From: an uncultured Candidatus Rokubacteria bacterium
GTDB taxonomy: Bacteria > Methylomirabilota > Methylomirabilia > Rokubacteriales > CSP1-6
DNA: 64,000 nt
Assembly: GCA_963747235.1 (NCBI GenBank)
Contig: CAVVEU010000008.1
Coordinates: forward strand, 707,433-771,432
Direction: 5' to 3'
Both the position numbers and the translations under genes were made by a program. A model generated the notes under the pieces. The model saw only the letters and a list, made by a program, of their open reading frames with translations, was not told the origin of the DNA and ran no database searches. Below, piece by piece: positions 1-15,648 of the stretch. Position 1 is the first letter of the stretch. Each line of letters starts with the position of its first letter.

Positions 1-1062
1 CAGGGCTCGGAGGCCTGCGTGCAGCTCTTCTTCGTGCGCAAGGGGCGGCTGCTCGGGCGGGAGTCGTTCTTCTTCGAGCGGGTGGCCGGCGCGAGCGACG
101 GCGAGATCCTCTCCGCCTTCATCCGCCAGTTCTACGCCAAGAACGTGGTGCCCCCGCCCGAGATCCTGCTCTCGGAGACGCCGCCCGAGATCGACCTCAC
201 CGGGGAATGGCTGGTGCAGCGCCGGGGCGGGCGCGTCGAGCTGCTGGCCCCGCAGCGCGGGCGCAAGCGCGACCTGGTCGCGATGGCCGAGGAGAACGCG
301 GCGCTCGCGCTCCAGACGCACCTGCTCGCGCGCGGCAGCCGCCAGCAGGTGGTGCTGGAGGATCTGGAGCGCTCGCTCGCCCTGCCCGGGCCGCCGCATC
401 GCATCGAGTGCTTCGACATCTCGACGCACCAGGGCAAGGAGACCGTCGCCTCCATGGTGGTGTGGCAGGACGGCGACATGAAGAAGGACGACTACAAGCG
501 CTTCAAGATCCGCACCGTCATCGGCACCGACGACTTCGCGTCCATGCAGGAGGTGCTGAGCCGGCGCTACGGGCGCGCGCTGGAGAGTGAGGGCGTGCTG
601 CCCGACCTCATCCTGCTCGACGGCGGGCGCGGCCAGCTCGGCGCGGGGATGAAGGCGCTCGAGGATCTGGGCCTCGACTACATCCCGCTCGCCGCCCTCG
701 CCAAGCGCGCCGAGGAGGTCTACACGCCGGATCGGCTCCAGCCGCTCGTGCTGGACATGGGCTCGCCCGCGCTGCAGGCCTTGCAGAGGATCCGCGACGA
801 GGCGCATCGCTTCGCGATCACCTACCACCGCAAGCTGCGGCAGCGCCGGGCCATCGCGTCCGTGCTCGACCAGATTCCCGGGGTGGGGCCGACGCTCCGC
901 ACGAGCCTGCTCAAGACCCTGGGCTCCGCGAAAGGGGTGCGGGAGGCCTCGGTGGCCGACCTGGCCTCGGTGCCGAAAATCACCCCGAAGCTGGCGCAAC
1001 GGATCTATGCTTTCTTCCACCCGAGCCCGGCGGGGGAACCTTCCGAGGGGCAAGGGGGTTAA
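1..1062 (+). CDS. uvrC: Excinuclease ABC subunit C (5'-truncated by window edge)
   Basis: RIECFDIS, DDFASM, PDLILLDGGRGQL, RIRDEAHRFAITYHR and C-terminal HhH (IPGVGP) motifs. Confidence 0.97.
   Translation, partial: QGSEACVQLFFVRKGRLLGRESFFFERVAGASDGEILSAFIRQFYAKNVVPPPEILLSETPPEIDLTGEWLVQRRGGRVELLAPQRGRKRDLVAMAEENAALALQTHLLARGSRQQVVLEDLERSLALPGPPHRIECFDISTHQGKETVASMVVWQDGDMKKDDYKRFKIRTVIGTDDFASMQEVLSRRYGRALESEGVLPDLILLDGGRGQLGAGMKALEDLGLDYIPLAALAKRAEEVYTPDRLQPLVLDMGSPALQALQRIRDEAHRFAITYHRKLRQRRAIASVLDQIPGVGPTLRTSLLKTLGSAKGVREASVADLASVPKITPKLAQRIYAFFHPSPAGEPSEGQGG
1035..1060 (+). promoter_or_regulatory. Possible ECF-sigma promoter GGAAC-N18-GTT
   Basis: GGAAC at 1035-1039 and GTT at 1058-1060, upstream of the small gene at 1096; a short motif that could be chance. 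Confidence 0.3.
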
Positions 1063-1095
1063 CCGGAAGGACTACACCGAAAGGGGGTGACGCGC

Positions 1096-1344
1096 ATGAA
1101 GATGCTCATGATGGCGATCGCGATGGTCGCGCTGGCCGCTTCGCCGGTGCTGGCCAACCAGTGCCCGCTCCTGATCAAGCAGGTCCAGGACGCGACGGCG
1201 GGCAAGACCGACGACGCATCCAAGAAGGCGATGGCGCTGGCCAACGAGGCCAAGGCGCTCCACGACGCCGGCAAGCACGCCGAGTCGGTGGCCAAGGCCG
1301 ACGAGGCCGCGAAGGCGATCAATCTCACCCTGAAGAAGAAGTAA
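1096..1344 (+). CDS. Small secreted helical protein (signal peptide, mature N-terminus NQCP, LHDAGKH)
   Basis: ATG at 1096 after AAGGGGGTG SD-like sequence; strong codon bias; hydrophobic leader ending VLA. Confidence 0.8.
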   Translation: MKMLMMAIAMVALAASPVLANQCPLLIKQVQDATAGKTDDASKKAMALANEAKALHDAGKHAESVAKADEAAKAINLTLKKK

Positions 1345-1355
1345 GGCCGGTCCCA

Positions 1356-1393
1356 CTCCCGGGGGCGCGTCTGGCCCCCGGGAGCCGTTTCTT
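1356..1393 (+). terminator. Intrinsic terminator
   Basis: Perfect 11-bp stem CTCCCGGGGGC/GCCCCCGGGAG, 7-nt loop, followed by CCGTTTCTT. Confidence 0.7.
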
Positions 1394-1430
1394 GCGCCCC
1401 CCGCCTAAGCGTGTAAAAATCAGCGCCAAT

Positions 1431-3933
1431 ATGGCCCTCGACGAGCGTCAGGATCGCTACCCGTTCCCGGAGATCGAGGCCAGGTGGCAGAAGGCCTGGG
1501 CGGACGGCAAGCAGTTCAAGGTGACCGAGGAGCCCGGCCGGCCCAAGTACTACTGTCTCGAGATGTTCCCGTACCCGTCCGGCCGCATCCACATGGGCCA
1601 CGTGCGGGTCTACGCGATCGGCGACCTGCTGGCCCGCTACAAGTGGATGCGGGGCTTCAACGTGCTGCATCCGATGGGCTGGGACGCCTTCGGGCTGCCC
1701 GCCGAGAACGCGGCCATCGACAACGGGGTGCACCCCGCGGTGTGGACGTACGAGAACATCGACAACATGCGCACGCAGCTCAAGCGCATGGGCATCTCCT
1801 ACGACTGGGACCGCGAGGTGGCCACCTGCGATCCCGCCTACTACAAGTGGGAGCAGCTCGTCTTCATCCGGATGCTCGAGCGCGGCCTCGCCTACCGGCG
1901 CCGGTCGCGCGTGAACTGGTGCCCGTCGTGCCAGACCGTGCTCGCCAACGAGCAGGTCGAGGCGGGCCGCTGCTGGCGCTGCGATTCCGAGGTGACGATC
2001 CGCGAGATCGACGGCTGGTTCTTCAAGATCACCGACTACGCCCAGGAGCTGCTCGACTGGTGCGACCGGCTGCCCGGCTGGCCCGAGCGGGTGCTCACCA
2101 TGCAGCGCAACTGGATCGGCCGCAGCGAGGGCGCCGAGTTCGCGCTGCCGGTGGCGGGCCGGCCGGATCTCAAGCTCCCGATCTTCACCACGCGCCCCGA
2201 CACCTCCTTCGGCATGACCTACGCGGTGCTGGCCCCCGAGCACCCGCTGGTGGACGGCCTCGCGGTGGACGCGGAGGAGCGCCGCCGGATCGACGCCTTC
2301 CGCGCCGAGGTCGCGCGCGAGACCGAGATCGAGCGGCTCGCCACCGACCGGCCGAAGCGCGGCCTGCGGCTCGCGGCCCGCGCGGTGAACCCGTTCACCG
2401 GCCAGGAGATCCCGCTCTTCCTCGCCGACTACGTGCTGATGGGCTACGGCACCGGCGCGATCATGGCGGTGCCGGGCGAGGACCAGCGCGACTGGGATTT
2501 TGCCAAGGCCCACGGGCTCCCGATCGTGGCGACCGTGAAGCGGCCGGACGGCTGGCAGGAGGATCAGGCCTACACCGGCGACGGCGTGAAGATCAACTCG
2601 GGCTTCCTCGACGGGCTCTCGATCGAGGAGGCCAAGCGCAAGGCGATCGACTGGCTCGTGGCCCAGGGGCTCGGCCAGGCCAAGATCAACTTCCGCCTCC
2701 GCGACTGGGGGATCAGCCGGCAGCGCTACTGGGGCGCGCCGATCCCGGTGCTCTACTGCGAGAAGGACGGCATGGTGCCGGAGCGGGAGGAGAACCTGCC
2801 GGTGGTGCTGCCGCGCGACGTGCAGATCAGCGGCAAGGGCGGCTCGCCGCTCGCGGAGGTGGCGAGCTTCGTCAACGCGGTCTGCCCCAGGTGCGGGGGC
2901 CCGGCGCGGCGGGACACCGACACCATGGACACCTTCGTGGAGTCGTCCTGGTACTTCCTCCGCTACTGCTCGCCGACCTACGATCGCGGCATGTTCGAGC
3001 CGGACGCGGCCGCCTACTGGATGCCGGTCGACCAGTACATCGGCGGCATCGAGCACGCGGTGCTGCACCTGCTGTACGCGCGCTTCTACACCAAGGCGCT
3101 GCGCGACCTCGGGATGCTGAAGGTGGACGAGCCCTTCCTGGCCCTCCTCTCGCAGGGCATGGTCATCAAGGACGGGGCCAAGATGTCGAAGTCGAAGGGC
3201 AACGTGGTGGACCCGGACGATCTCATCCGCCGCTACGGGGCCGACACCGCGCGGCTCTTCTCGCTCTTCGCGGCCCCGCCCGAGAAGGACCTCGACTGGA
3301 ACGACCGCGGCGTCGAGGGCGCCTCCCGCTTCCTCAACCGCATCTGGCGCTTCGTCCACGCGAATCTGCCCGAGCTCACGACCGCCCCGCGCACTCCGGC
3401 CGGACCGCTCTCCGAATCCGGCCGCGCCTTCCGGCGCGTGATCCACGAGACGATCCAGAAGGTGACGCACGATATCGAGCACGACTTCCACTTCAACACC
3501 GCGATCAGCGCGGTGATGGAGCTGGTGAACGCGCTCCACGACTTCGAGCGCGCGTCGATGGACGGGATGGCGCGGCAGGAGCGGAGCGCGCTGCTGCGGG
3601 AGGCGGTCGAGGCCACGCGTGCTCCTGCTGGGGCCGGTGTCGCCCCACATCACCGAGGAGCTGTGGGCCGCGCTCGGCCACCGCGGGAGCCTGTTCAGGC
3701 GGGCGTGGCCGGTCGCGGACGCGGCCGCGCTCGCGCGCGATGAGGTGGAGATCGTGGTCCAGGTGGACGGGCGCGTGCGGGGCCGCCTCACCGCGGCGGT
3801 CGGCGCCAAGGAGGCGGAGATCCGCGAGATGGCTCTCACCGACGGGAAGGTGCTCCCGTGGCTCGACGGGCGCCAGGTCGCCAAGGTGGTCGTGGTGCCC
3901 GGGCGTCTCGTCAACATCGTGACCCGTGGCTGA
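1431..3933 (+). CDS. leuS: Leucine--tRNA ligase (apparent +1 frameshift near 3617, probable sequence error)
   Basis: LEMFPYPSGRIHMGH, RDTDTMDTF, KMSKS; C-terminal VQVDGRVRG domain continues in the next frame. Confidence 0.96.
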
Positions 3934-4447
3934 CCCGGCGCGCCTCGCCCGCCGCGTCCTGGGGCTGACCCTGGCCGCGGTCCTGCTGGCCGGCTGCGGC
4001 TACAGCACGCGCGGCAGCCTGCCCGATCACATCAAGACGGTCGCGGTGCCCATCTTCAAGAACCGCACCCTCGAGCCGGGAGTGGAGAGCGCGATCACCT
4101 CCGGGGTGGTCAACGCCTTCTCCAGCGGCGGCCGCGTGCGGGTGGTGCCGCTCGACGAGGCCGACGCCATCCTCGAGGGCGAGGTGGTGGGCTACACGCT
4201 CGAGGGCCTCGCCTTCGACCGGAGCTCCATCGTGCGCGCCTACCGGCTGCGGCTCACCCTGAACGTGGAGTTCCGCGACGTGAAGCGGAGCGCCACGCTC
4301 TGGCGGCAGGAAGGGCTGCAGGAGACGTCGGACTTCCAGGTCGAGGGCAGCGTGTCGGACACGGTGGCCCGCGGGCAGGGGGCCGTGCTGCAGGCCGCGA
4401 CCGAGATCGGGCGCAAGGTGGTCAACCTCGCGGTGGACCGCTTCTAG
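3926..4447 (+). CDS. lptE: LPS assembly lipoprotein LptE
   Basis: Lipobox LAGC followed by GY; canonical leuS-lptE-holA synteny. Confidence 0.85.
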   Translation: MADPARLARRVLGLTLAAVLLAGCGYSTRGSLPDHIKTVAVPIFKNRTLEPGVESAITSGVVNAFSSGGRVRVVPLDEADAILEGEVVGYTLEGLAFDRSSIVRAYRLRLTLNVEFRDVKRSATLWRQEGLQETSDFQVEGSVSDTVARGQGAVLQAATEIGRKVVNLAVDRF

Positions 4448-4466
4448 TGTCCGCGCGGCCGTAGCG

Positions 4467-5463
4467 GTGGACTACGCGGGGTTCGTCCGAGGCCGCGGAC
4501 GCGGGGCAGGTGGGGCCGGTGACCCTGCTGCACGGGCCCGAGCCGTTTCTCCTCGATGACGCGGTGGCGCGCCTCACCCGCGCGCTCTTCCCCGGCCAGA
4601 CCGAGCTCTCCCTCGTGCGGGAGATCCTCGACGCGCGCGCGGCGGGCGCGGAGACCGTCGTGCAGGCGGCCCTCACCCTGCCGTGGCTGGGCGACCGCCG
4701 GCTCGTGGTGGCGCGCGGCGCGGACGGCCTGACCGCGAAGGCCGGCGAGGCGCTCACCGCGTACGCGAAGGCGCCGAACCCGTCCACCGTGCTGGTGCTC
4801 CTGGCCGACTCGCTGCTGGACGGCTCGCACTGGCTGCTGCGCGGGCTGCCGTCCGCCGCGGTGGTGCCGGCCCCGGCGCTCGCGGGCCGCGCGCTCGCGA
4901 CGTGGCTGCGCGCCCACGCGCAGGCCGTCGGCTACGAGCTGCGCGAGGACGCGGCCGGCCTGCTGGTGGAGCTCTCGGGCGACGATCTCACCCGCCTGGT
5001 CGGCGAGGTGGAGAAGGCCGCGCTCGCGGGCGGCCCGGAGAACCGGCGCGTGACGGTGGCCGAGATCCGCGCGGTGGTCGGCGAGCACCGGCTGCGCCAC
5101 GTCTTCGATCTCACCCGCGCCCTGTCGGCGCGTGACGCCGCCGCGGCGCTGGCGCTGCTCGAGTCGCTGCTCAACGCGGGGGAAGAGCCGCTCGCGGTGC
5201 TCGGCATGCTGACCCGCGAGGCCCGCGCCACGTGGCAGGCCGCGGACGCGCTGCGGGCCGGCCGCGCGCCCGAGGAGATCGCGCGCAGCCTGCGGCGCCC
5301 GCCCGCCGCGGCCACCGCCCTGCTCGAGCGGGCGCGGAGCGTGTCCGTCGCGGGCGCGGCGCGGCAGCTCGCCCGCTGCTGGGACGTCGAGCGGCGCCTC
5401 AAGCTGGGCGGGACGCCGCGCCCCGAGCTCTCGCTGCTCGTCGCCGATCTGTGCGCGGTCTGA
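4467..5463 (+). CDS. holA: DNA polymerase III delta subunit (probable +1 error near 4490)
   Basis: LLHGPEPFLLD, TLPWLGDRRLV, EVEK, VFDL motifs; synteny; GTG at 4467 is one base out of frame with the main ORF. Confidence 0.88.
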
Positions 5464-6807
5464 TGGCGGGGGCGCGCTGCGCCCTTCTCGCCGCCGCGCT
5501 GCTGCTCGGGCCGGGCGCGGCGTGGGGGGCGGCCGCGCCCGCGCCGCGCCTGCTGGCCGGCGCGGCCGGGGTCACCGTGGACCTGCCCGCGGACACGCCG
5601 CTCGGCGGCTACGGCGGGTTCCCGCGCCGCGCGTGGATCCCCGATCTCCTCGGCCGCTATCCCGACACGTTCTGGTTCCGCCCCGCGGCCGCGGTCCACG
5701 ATCCGATCAAGGTGCGCGCCCTCGTGCTCGAGGCGGGCGGCGTGCGGCTGCTCTTCCTCGGGCTGGACCTGGTCGGGAATGGATCCGTCGCTCCTGGCCG
5801 ACCTGCGCCGCCGTCTCGATCAGCTCGGCCTGCGCTACGCGGCGGTGATCGCGGCCGCCTCCCACACGCATTCCGGCCCCGGCGCCTTCGCCCGGTCGAG
5901 CCTGTTCGGCCTGCTCGCGCTGGATCGCGAATCGCCGCGGGTACGCGGCCGCATCTACTCGGCGATGGAGGACGCGGCGCGACAGGCCGAGCGCCGGAAG
6001 CGCCCGGCCACCGTCGGCAGCGGGCGGAGCGTGGTGCCCGGGCTCACCGACAGCCGCGTGCGCGAAGCGGTCGATGACGAGCTGGGCGTGCTCAAGGTGA
6101 TGGGGACGGACAACCGCCCGGTGGCGGTCATGTGGAACTACGCCATCCACGGCACCGCGCTCGGACGCGAGAACTTCCAGCTCTCCGGCGACGTCATGGG
6201 TGACGCGAGCGCGCGGATCGAGGAGCAGCTCGGGGTGCCCGCGCTCTTCGTCAACGGCGCGGTCGGCGACGTGAGTCCCCGCCAGCGCGGCTGGAACGGC
6301 GTGGCGGCCGGCGGCAAGGCCCTGTCCGGCGCGGTCGTCGCCCTGTGGCCCCGGATCGCGCCCGATCCCGACCAGCGCCTGGCCGCCACCTCGGTCACCG
6401 CGCTGCTCCCGGCCCCCGGCGTCGAGCTCCGCAACTGCCTGGGGCGGTGGATCCCCCGCGGCACGCGCCTGGGCCTGCGGGCGGCGCTGCCGCCCTCCGC
6501 CGAGGTCTGGGTGGTCGCGGTCGGGCGGGGCGCCTGGGTGGCGATTCCGGGCGAGCCGGACACGCGCCTCGGCCTCGAGATCAAGACCGCGGGCCGGGCG
6601 AGCTTCACGCCGACCTTCGTGGCCGGGGTGTCCAACGCCTACCAGGGGTACTTCCTGGCCGCCGACCACTTCCGGACGGCGAGCTACATCTCGTGCGGCA
6701 GCCTCTACGGGGAGCGCGGCGGGGAGCTGGTGCGCGACGCGGCGATCGCGGGCCTGCGGGAGCTGGCGGAGCGGCGCCAGCCCCGGCCGGTCAAGCCGGG
6801 GCGTTGA
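5463..6807 (+). CDS. Secreted neutral/alkaline ceramidase-like hydrolase (+1 frameshift near 5778)
   Basis: Signal peptide; PLGGYG, HDPIKVRALVL, ASHTHSGP, NYAIHGT, NGAVGDVSP, IPGEP motifs. Confidence 0.8.
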
Positions 6808-7051
6808 GCTTGCGGGCGAGCGAGGACTTGCGGCGGGCGGCGGTGTTGCGGTGCAAGATGCCCTTCGTGACCGCGCGGTCGATGGCGCGGATGGCCTCGT
6901 GCACCACGGTCGCGGAGTCCGCGGCCTTGCCGGTCAGCGCTTCGCGCGCGCTCTTCACGCTGCCGCGCACCGCGCTGCGCACCGCGCGATTCCGCAGCCG
7001 GCGTTTCTCGTTCTGCCGGATCCGCTTCTTCGCGGAGGGTGTGTTCGCCAA
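6791..7051 (-). CDS. rpsT: 30S ribosomal protein S20
   Basis: TTG start, [17 protein letters not shown]...[14 protein letters not shown]. Confidence 0.96.
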   Translation of the reverse strand: MANTPSAKKRIRQNEKRRLRNRAVRSAVRGSVKSAREALTGKAADSATVVHEAIRAIDRAVTKGILHRNTAARRKSSLARKLNAPA

Positions 7052-7137
7052 GGGTCCTCTCCTCTTCTGGGATGCAGCGTGAGCGACACACGAGCCTACC
7101 GTCGGCACCGCGACGTGTCAAGGAGTTCGTCCCCCTC

Positions 7138-8719
7138 GTGAGCGACGCCTCCGACGCCCAGGAGCACGTCCAGCGCGGCGTGGTGAGCGCGGTGGGCTCG
7201 ATCGGGCTCGCCACGCTCGCGAGCCGTGTGCTCGGCTTCGTGCGGGACATGGTGGTCGCGCGCGTCTTCGGGGCCGGCCCGCTCACCGACGCGTTCTTCG
7301 TGGCCTTCCGCATCCCGAACCTGCTCCGCCGGCTCCTGGCCGAAGGGGCGCCTGTCCACCGCGGTGGTCCCGGTCTTCACCGAGACGCTGACCCGCGAGG
7401 GGCCCGAGGCCTTCGGGCGCCTCGCGCGCGCGGTGACCGGCGCGGCCATCGTGGTGCTCTGCCTGGTCGCCGGTCTCGGGGCCCTGGTCGCGCCCCTGGT
7501 GGTGACCGTGATGGCGCCCGGCTGGCGCACGGATCCCGAGCTCCTGGCCCTCGCGGTGACCCTCACGCGCGCGCTGTTTCCGTACCTCGTCTTCGTGGGG
7601 CTGGCCGCGCTGGCGATGGGCGCGCTCAACGCGCACCATCGGTTCTTCACCGCCGCGGTCGGGCCCGCCGTCCTCAACCTCGCGATGATCCTCGCGGTGG
7701 TGGGGCTCGCCTCCCGGCTCACCACCCCCATCATGTCGCTGGCGATCGGCGTGCTGGTCGGCGGGCTCGGCCAGCTCCTGGTCCAGCTTCCCGAGCTGCG
7801 CCGGATCGGGGTGCCGCTCCGCCCCTCGCTCGAATGGCGGCACCCCGCGGTGCTGCGCATCGCGCGGCGTCTCTGGCCCGCGGTGTTCGCGCTGGCCGCG
7901 GTGCAGATCACGGTGGTGGTGAACACGCTGCTGGCCTCGCTGCTGCCCACCGGCACCGTCTCGTACCTGTACTATGCGGACCGCGTGATGGAGTTCCCGC
8001 TCGGCGTGTTCGGCATCGCGCTCGCCACCGCCACGCTGCCCAGCATGTCGGCCCAGGCCACGCGCCGCGAGTTCACCGCGCTGCGCTCCACGCTGGAATT
8101 CGCGCTGCGGCTCTCCGCCTTCGTGGCGGTGCCCGCGACGGTGGGGCTCCTGCTCCTGCGCGGGCCCATCGTCCAGGTGCTCTTCCAGCGGGGCGAGTTC
8201 ACCGCCGCCGACGCCGCGCTGACCGCCCAGGCCCTGGCCGGCTACGCGGTGGGACTGCCCGCGTTCTCGGCCACCCGCATCGCGGCCCAGACCTTCTACG
8301 CGCTCGGCGACACGCGGACGCCGGTGATCGTCGGGTTCGTGTCGGTGGCGGTGAACGTGGTGCTGGCCCTGGTCCTGATGTGGCCGCTGCGCCACATCGG
8401 GCTCGCGCTCGCCTCGTCGCTGTCGTCCTACGTCAACGTGATCGGGCTCTGCTGGCTGCTCCACCGCCGGCTGGGCGGGCCGCGCGGCTCGGAGATCTGG
8501 GGGTCGCTCGGCCGCACGGTCGTGGCCACCGCCGCGCTCGCGCTCTGGTGCGCGTGGGTGGAGGGGTTCCTGCCCGTGTTCCCGGAGCCGGTCGTGCTCG
8601 GGCTCGCGCGGATGATGCTGGCGCTGGTGGGCGGCGTGGCGGTGTACGTGGCGATGGCGGCCGCGATCCGCGCGCCGGAGCTGCGCGCGCTGCTCGGGAT
8701 GCTGCACGCGCGCCGGTGA
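7138..8719 (+). CDS. murJ: Lipid II flippase MurJ/MviN (+1 frameshift near 7348)
   Basis: [51 protein letters not shown]. Confidence 0.95.
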
Positions 8720-8722
8720 TCC

Positions 8723-8752
8723 TTGCCCAGCGCCCGGCGCCGGTGATAGACT
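8723..8752 (+). promoter_or_regulatory. sigma70-type promoter TTGCCC-N18-(TG)-TAGACT
   Basis: -35 at 8723-8728 and extended -10 TGATAGACT at 8744-8752. Confidence 0.45.
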
Positions 8753-8862
8753 CGGCCATGCTCCTGGACTTCGCAGGGGACGCCCCGGTCATGGCCTGGA
8801 TCCGACGCATCGGCCAATGCCGGGGCCGTCGCTTTTTGGGCCTCCCACTGCGGATGTGATCG

Positions 8863-9849
8863 ATGCGCGCTCGGCTCGGGGCGTCCGCGGAGCGAGGGAC
8901 CGCGGGAGTCGTCTCCGAAGCCGCGGCGCTGATCGACGGCTACCTCGGCAGCCTCCAGATCGAGCGGGGCGCCGCGCTGAACACCCTCGCCGCGTACCGC
9001 CGTGACCTCAAGGGATTCGAGAGCTTCCTGGCGCGGGAGCACCGCGCGATCGCCGACGTAGGCGTCACCGATCTCTCGCGCTACCTGGGCGCGCTGCGCC
9101 GGCGGGGCCTCGGCAGCCGCAGCATCGCCCGGCACCTCTCCGCGGTACGCGGCCTCTATCGCTTCCTCCTCGAAGCCGGGCGCGTGCCGCGCGATCCGAC
9201 CCAGCACCTCGACAGCCCGCGCCCGGCCCGGCGGCTGCCGCGCACCCTGTCCATGGCGGACGCGGCCGCCCTCGTCGAGGCGCCCGACACGACGCGCCCG
9301 GACGGGCTGCGGGACCGCGCGCTACTGGAGCTGCTCTACGCTTCCGGGCTTCGCGCCTCCGAGGCCCTCGGCCTGCGGATCGAGGACGTGAACTTCAAGG
9401 CGGGTTACGTGATCGTGATCGGGAAGGGGGATCGGCAGCGCCTGGTGCCCGCGGGGGCCCGGGCGCTCGACTGGGTGCGCCAGTACCTCACCACGATCCG
9501 CCCGCGCCAGGTGCGGCGCGAGTGCCCGGCGCTCTTCCTCAATCGCTCGGGCGGGGCCATGTCGCGCCAGGCCCTCTGGGGCCTCATCCGTCGCGCGGCG
9601 CGCCGCGCGGGCCTGCGCGCCGCGATCTCGCCGCACACCCTGCGCCACTCCTTCGCGAGCCATCTGCTCGAGCGCGGCGCCGACCTGCGCTCGGTGCAGG
9701 CCATGCTCGGCCACGTGGACATCTCGACCACGCAGATCTACACGCACCTGCCGTCGAGCGTCGTCCACGACATGTACCGGAAGTTCCACCCGCGGGCGGC
9801 GCGCGTGACCCGGGTCGCCCGGGCGAGCGGCCTCGAGCGAGCGGGCTGA
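8863..9849 (+). CDS. xerD: Tyrosine recombinase XerD (start uncertain)
   Basis: ERGAALNTLAAYRRDL, RDRALLELLYASGLRASE, GKGDRQRLVP, SPHTLRHSFASHLLERGADLRSVQAMLGHVDISTTQIYTH. Confidence 0.92.
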   Translation: MRARLGASAERGTAGVVSEAAALIDGYLGSLQIERGAALNTLAAYRRDLKGFESFLAREHRAIADVGVTDLSRYLGALRRRGLGSRSIARHLSAVRGLYRFLLEAGRVPRDPTQHLDSPRPARRLPRTLSMADAAALVEAPDTTRPDGLRDRALLELLYASGLRASEALGLRIEDVNFKAGYVIVIGKGDRQRLVPAGARALDWVRQYLTTIRPRQVRRECPALFLNRSGGAMSRQALWGLIRRAARRAGLRAAISPHTLRHSFASHLLERGADLRSVQAMLGHVDISTTQIYTHLPSSVVHDMYRKFHPRAARVTRVARASGLERAG

Positions 9850-9850
9850 G

Positions 9851-14093
<4,243 letters not shown>

Positions 14094-14094
<1 letters not shown>

Positions 14095-15077
14095 TGGATT
14101 CCCGGATCGACCGGGCGCGCATCCTGAGCCTGGCCGAGCGCGTGCTGCGGCTCGAGGCCGAGAGCGTGCTCGCGCTCTGCCCGCGGCTCGACGATCGCTT
14201 CGTGGCGGCGGTGGACCGGCTCCACCGGTGCCGGGGCCGGGTCATCGTCACCGGCATCGGCAAGTCGGGCCTCATCGGGCGCAAGATCGCGGCGACGCTC
14301 GCGAGCACCGGGACGCCCGCCTACTTCCTCCATCCCGCCGAGGGCGTGCACGGCGATCTCGGCATGGTCGCGCGCGAGGACGTGGTGCTGGCCCTGTCGA
14401 ACTCCGGCGAGACCGACGAGGTGCTGGCGGTGCTGCCCGCGCTCAAGCGGCTCGGCATCCCGCTGATCCTCCTCACCGGCGCGCCCGCTTCCACCCTGGC
14501 GCGCCAGGCCGACATCGTGGTGGACGTGGCCGTGGCCGAGGAGGCCTGCCCGATGAACCTCGCGCCGACCTCGAGCACCACCGCCGCGCTCGCCATGGGC
14601 GACGCCCTCGCGATGGCGCTGCTCGACCTGCGCGGCCTCGGGCCGGGCGACTACGCGGCGCTCCACCCGCGCGGCAGCCTGGGCTGGAAGGCGCTCTTCA
14701 AGGTCAGCGACCTGATGCATACCGGAGAGGCGCTGCCGCTGGTCTCCGAGCAGGCCACCATGAAGGAGGCCATCGAGGAGATGAGCGGCAAGGGGCTCGG
14801 CATGACCACGGTGGTGGACGCGGCCGGCCGGCTGGTCGGGGTCGTCACCGACGGCGACCTGCGCCGCCAGCAGCTCGCCCACGGCGCCGCGCTGCTCGAG
14901 CGGCGGGCCGCGGAGTGCATGACCACCGGGCCCAAGATCATCGGCGCCGACGAGCTCGCCGCGAAGGCCCTCTCGATGATGGAGGGCCGCATCACCAGCC
15001 TCGTGATCGTGGACGCGGCGGGGCGGCCCGCGGGCGTGATCCACCTCCACGACATCCTGCGCGCCAAGATCGTGTGA
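14094..15077 (+). CDS. kdsD: Arabinose-5-phosphate isomerase (KpsF/GutQ family; SIS plus CBS)
   Basis: TGIGKSGLIGRKIAATLASTG, HGDLG, APTSSTT, HPRG, TDGDLRR. Confidence 0.96.
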
Positions 15078-15587
15078 GGGCCGCTCCCCGCGCCTCCCGC
15101 ATCCGCCTGCTCGTCCTCGACGTGGACGGTGTGCTCACGGACGGCGGGCTGCTGTTCACCGCCTCCGGCGAGGAGACCAAGCGCTTCCACGTCCACGACG
15201 GGCTCGCGATGGTGGCCGCGCGCACGGCGGGCCTCCAGATCGCGATCCTCTCCTCGCGCGCGTCCGCCGCGGTGACCCGGCGCATGGCCGAGCTCGGAGT
15301 GGGTGAGGTTCACCAGGGCGTGGCCGACAAGGCCGGCGCCCTGGACGCGCTCCGGGAGCGGCTCGGCCTGGCCCGCGGGCGAGGTCGCGATGATGGGCGA
15401 CGACTTGCCGGATCTGCCCGCGATGGCCCGCGCCGGCCTGGCGCTGGCGCCCGGCAATGCCGTGGCCGAGGTCAAGCGCGCCGCCCACTGGGTGGCGCGC
15501 CGGCGGGGCGGGGACGGCGCGGTACGGGAGGCGGTCGAGATGCTCCTAAAGTCCCGCCGCGCTTGGCCGCCGAGCTCCGAAGGCTGA
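15074..15587 (+). CDS. kdsC: KDO8P phosphatase, HAD IIIA (+1 frameshift near 15375)
   Basis: LDVDGVLTDG, F.VHDG, MGDDLPD, GGDGAVRE. Confidence 0.92.
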
Positions 15588-15603
15588 GCCGCACCTTCTT
15601 CAT

Positions 15604-15633
15604 TTGCCACCGCTGTAAAGACTGTGTTAGCGT
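15604..15633 (+). promoter_or_regulatory. sigma70-type promoter for the lptC-rpoN operon
   Basis: TTGCCA (15604-15609)-N18-TAGCGT (15628-15633) with extended TG. Confidence 0.5.
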
Positions 15634-15648
15634 GGCATGGAGATTGCT
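15633..15648 (+). promoter_or_regulatory. sigma54 -24/-12 box TGGCATGGAGATTGCT
   Basis: GG-N10-GC spacing exact; near consensus TGGCACG-N4-TTGCW; immediately before the lptC ATG. Confidence 0.7.

Noticed and set aside
8863-9849. Phage or island integrase
   Set aside because: Motifs and housekeeping context fit chromosomal XerD; no att repeats or cargo.
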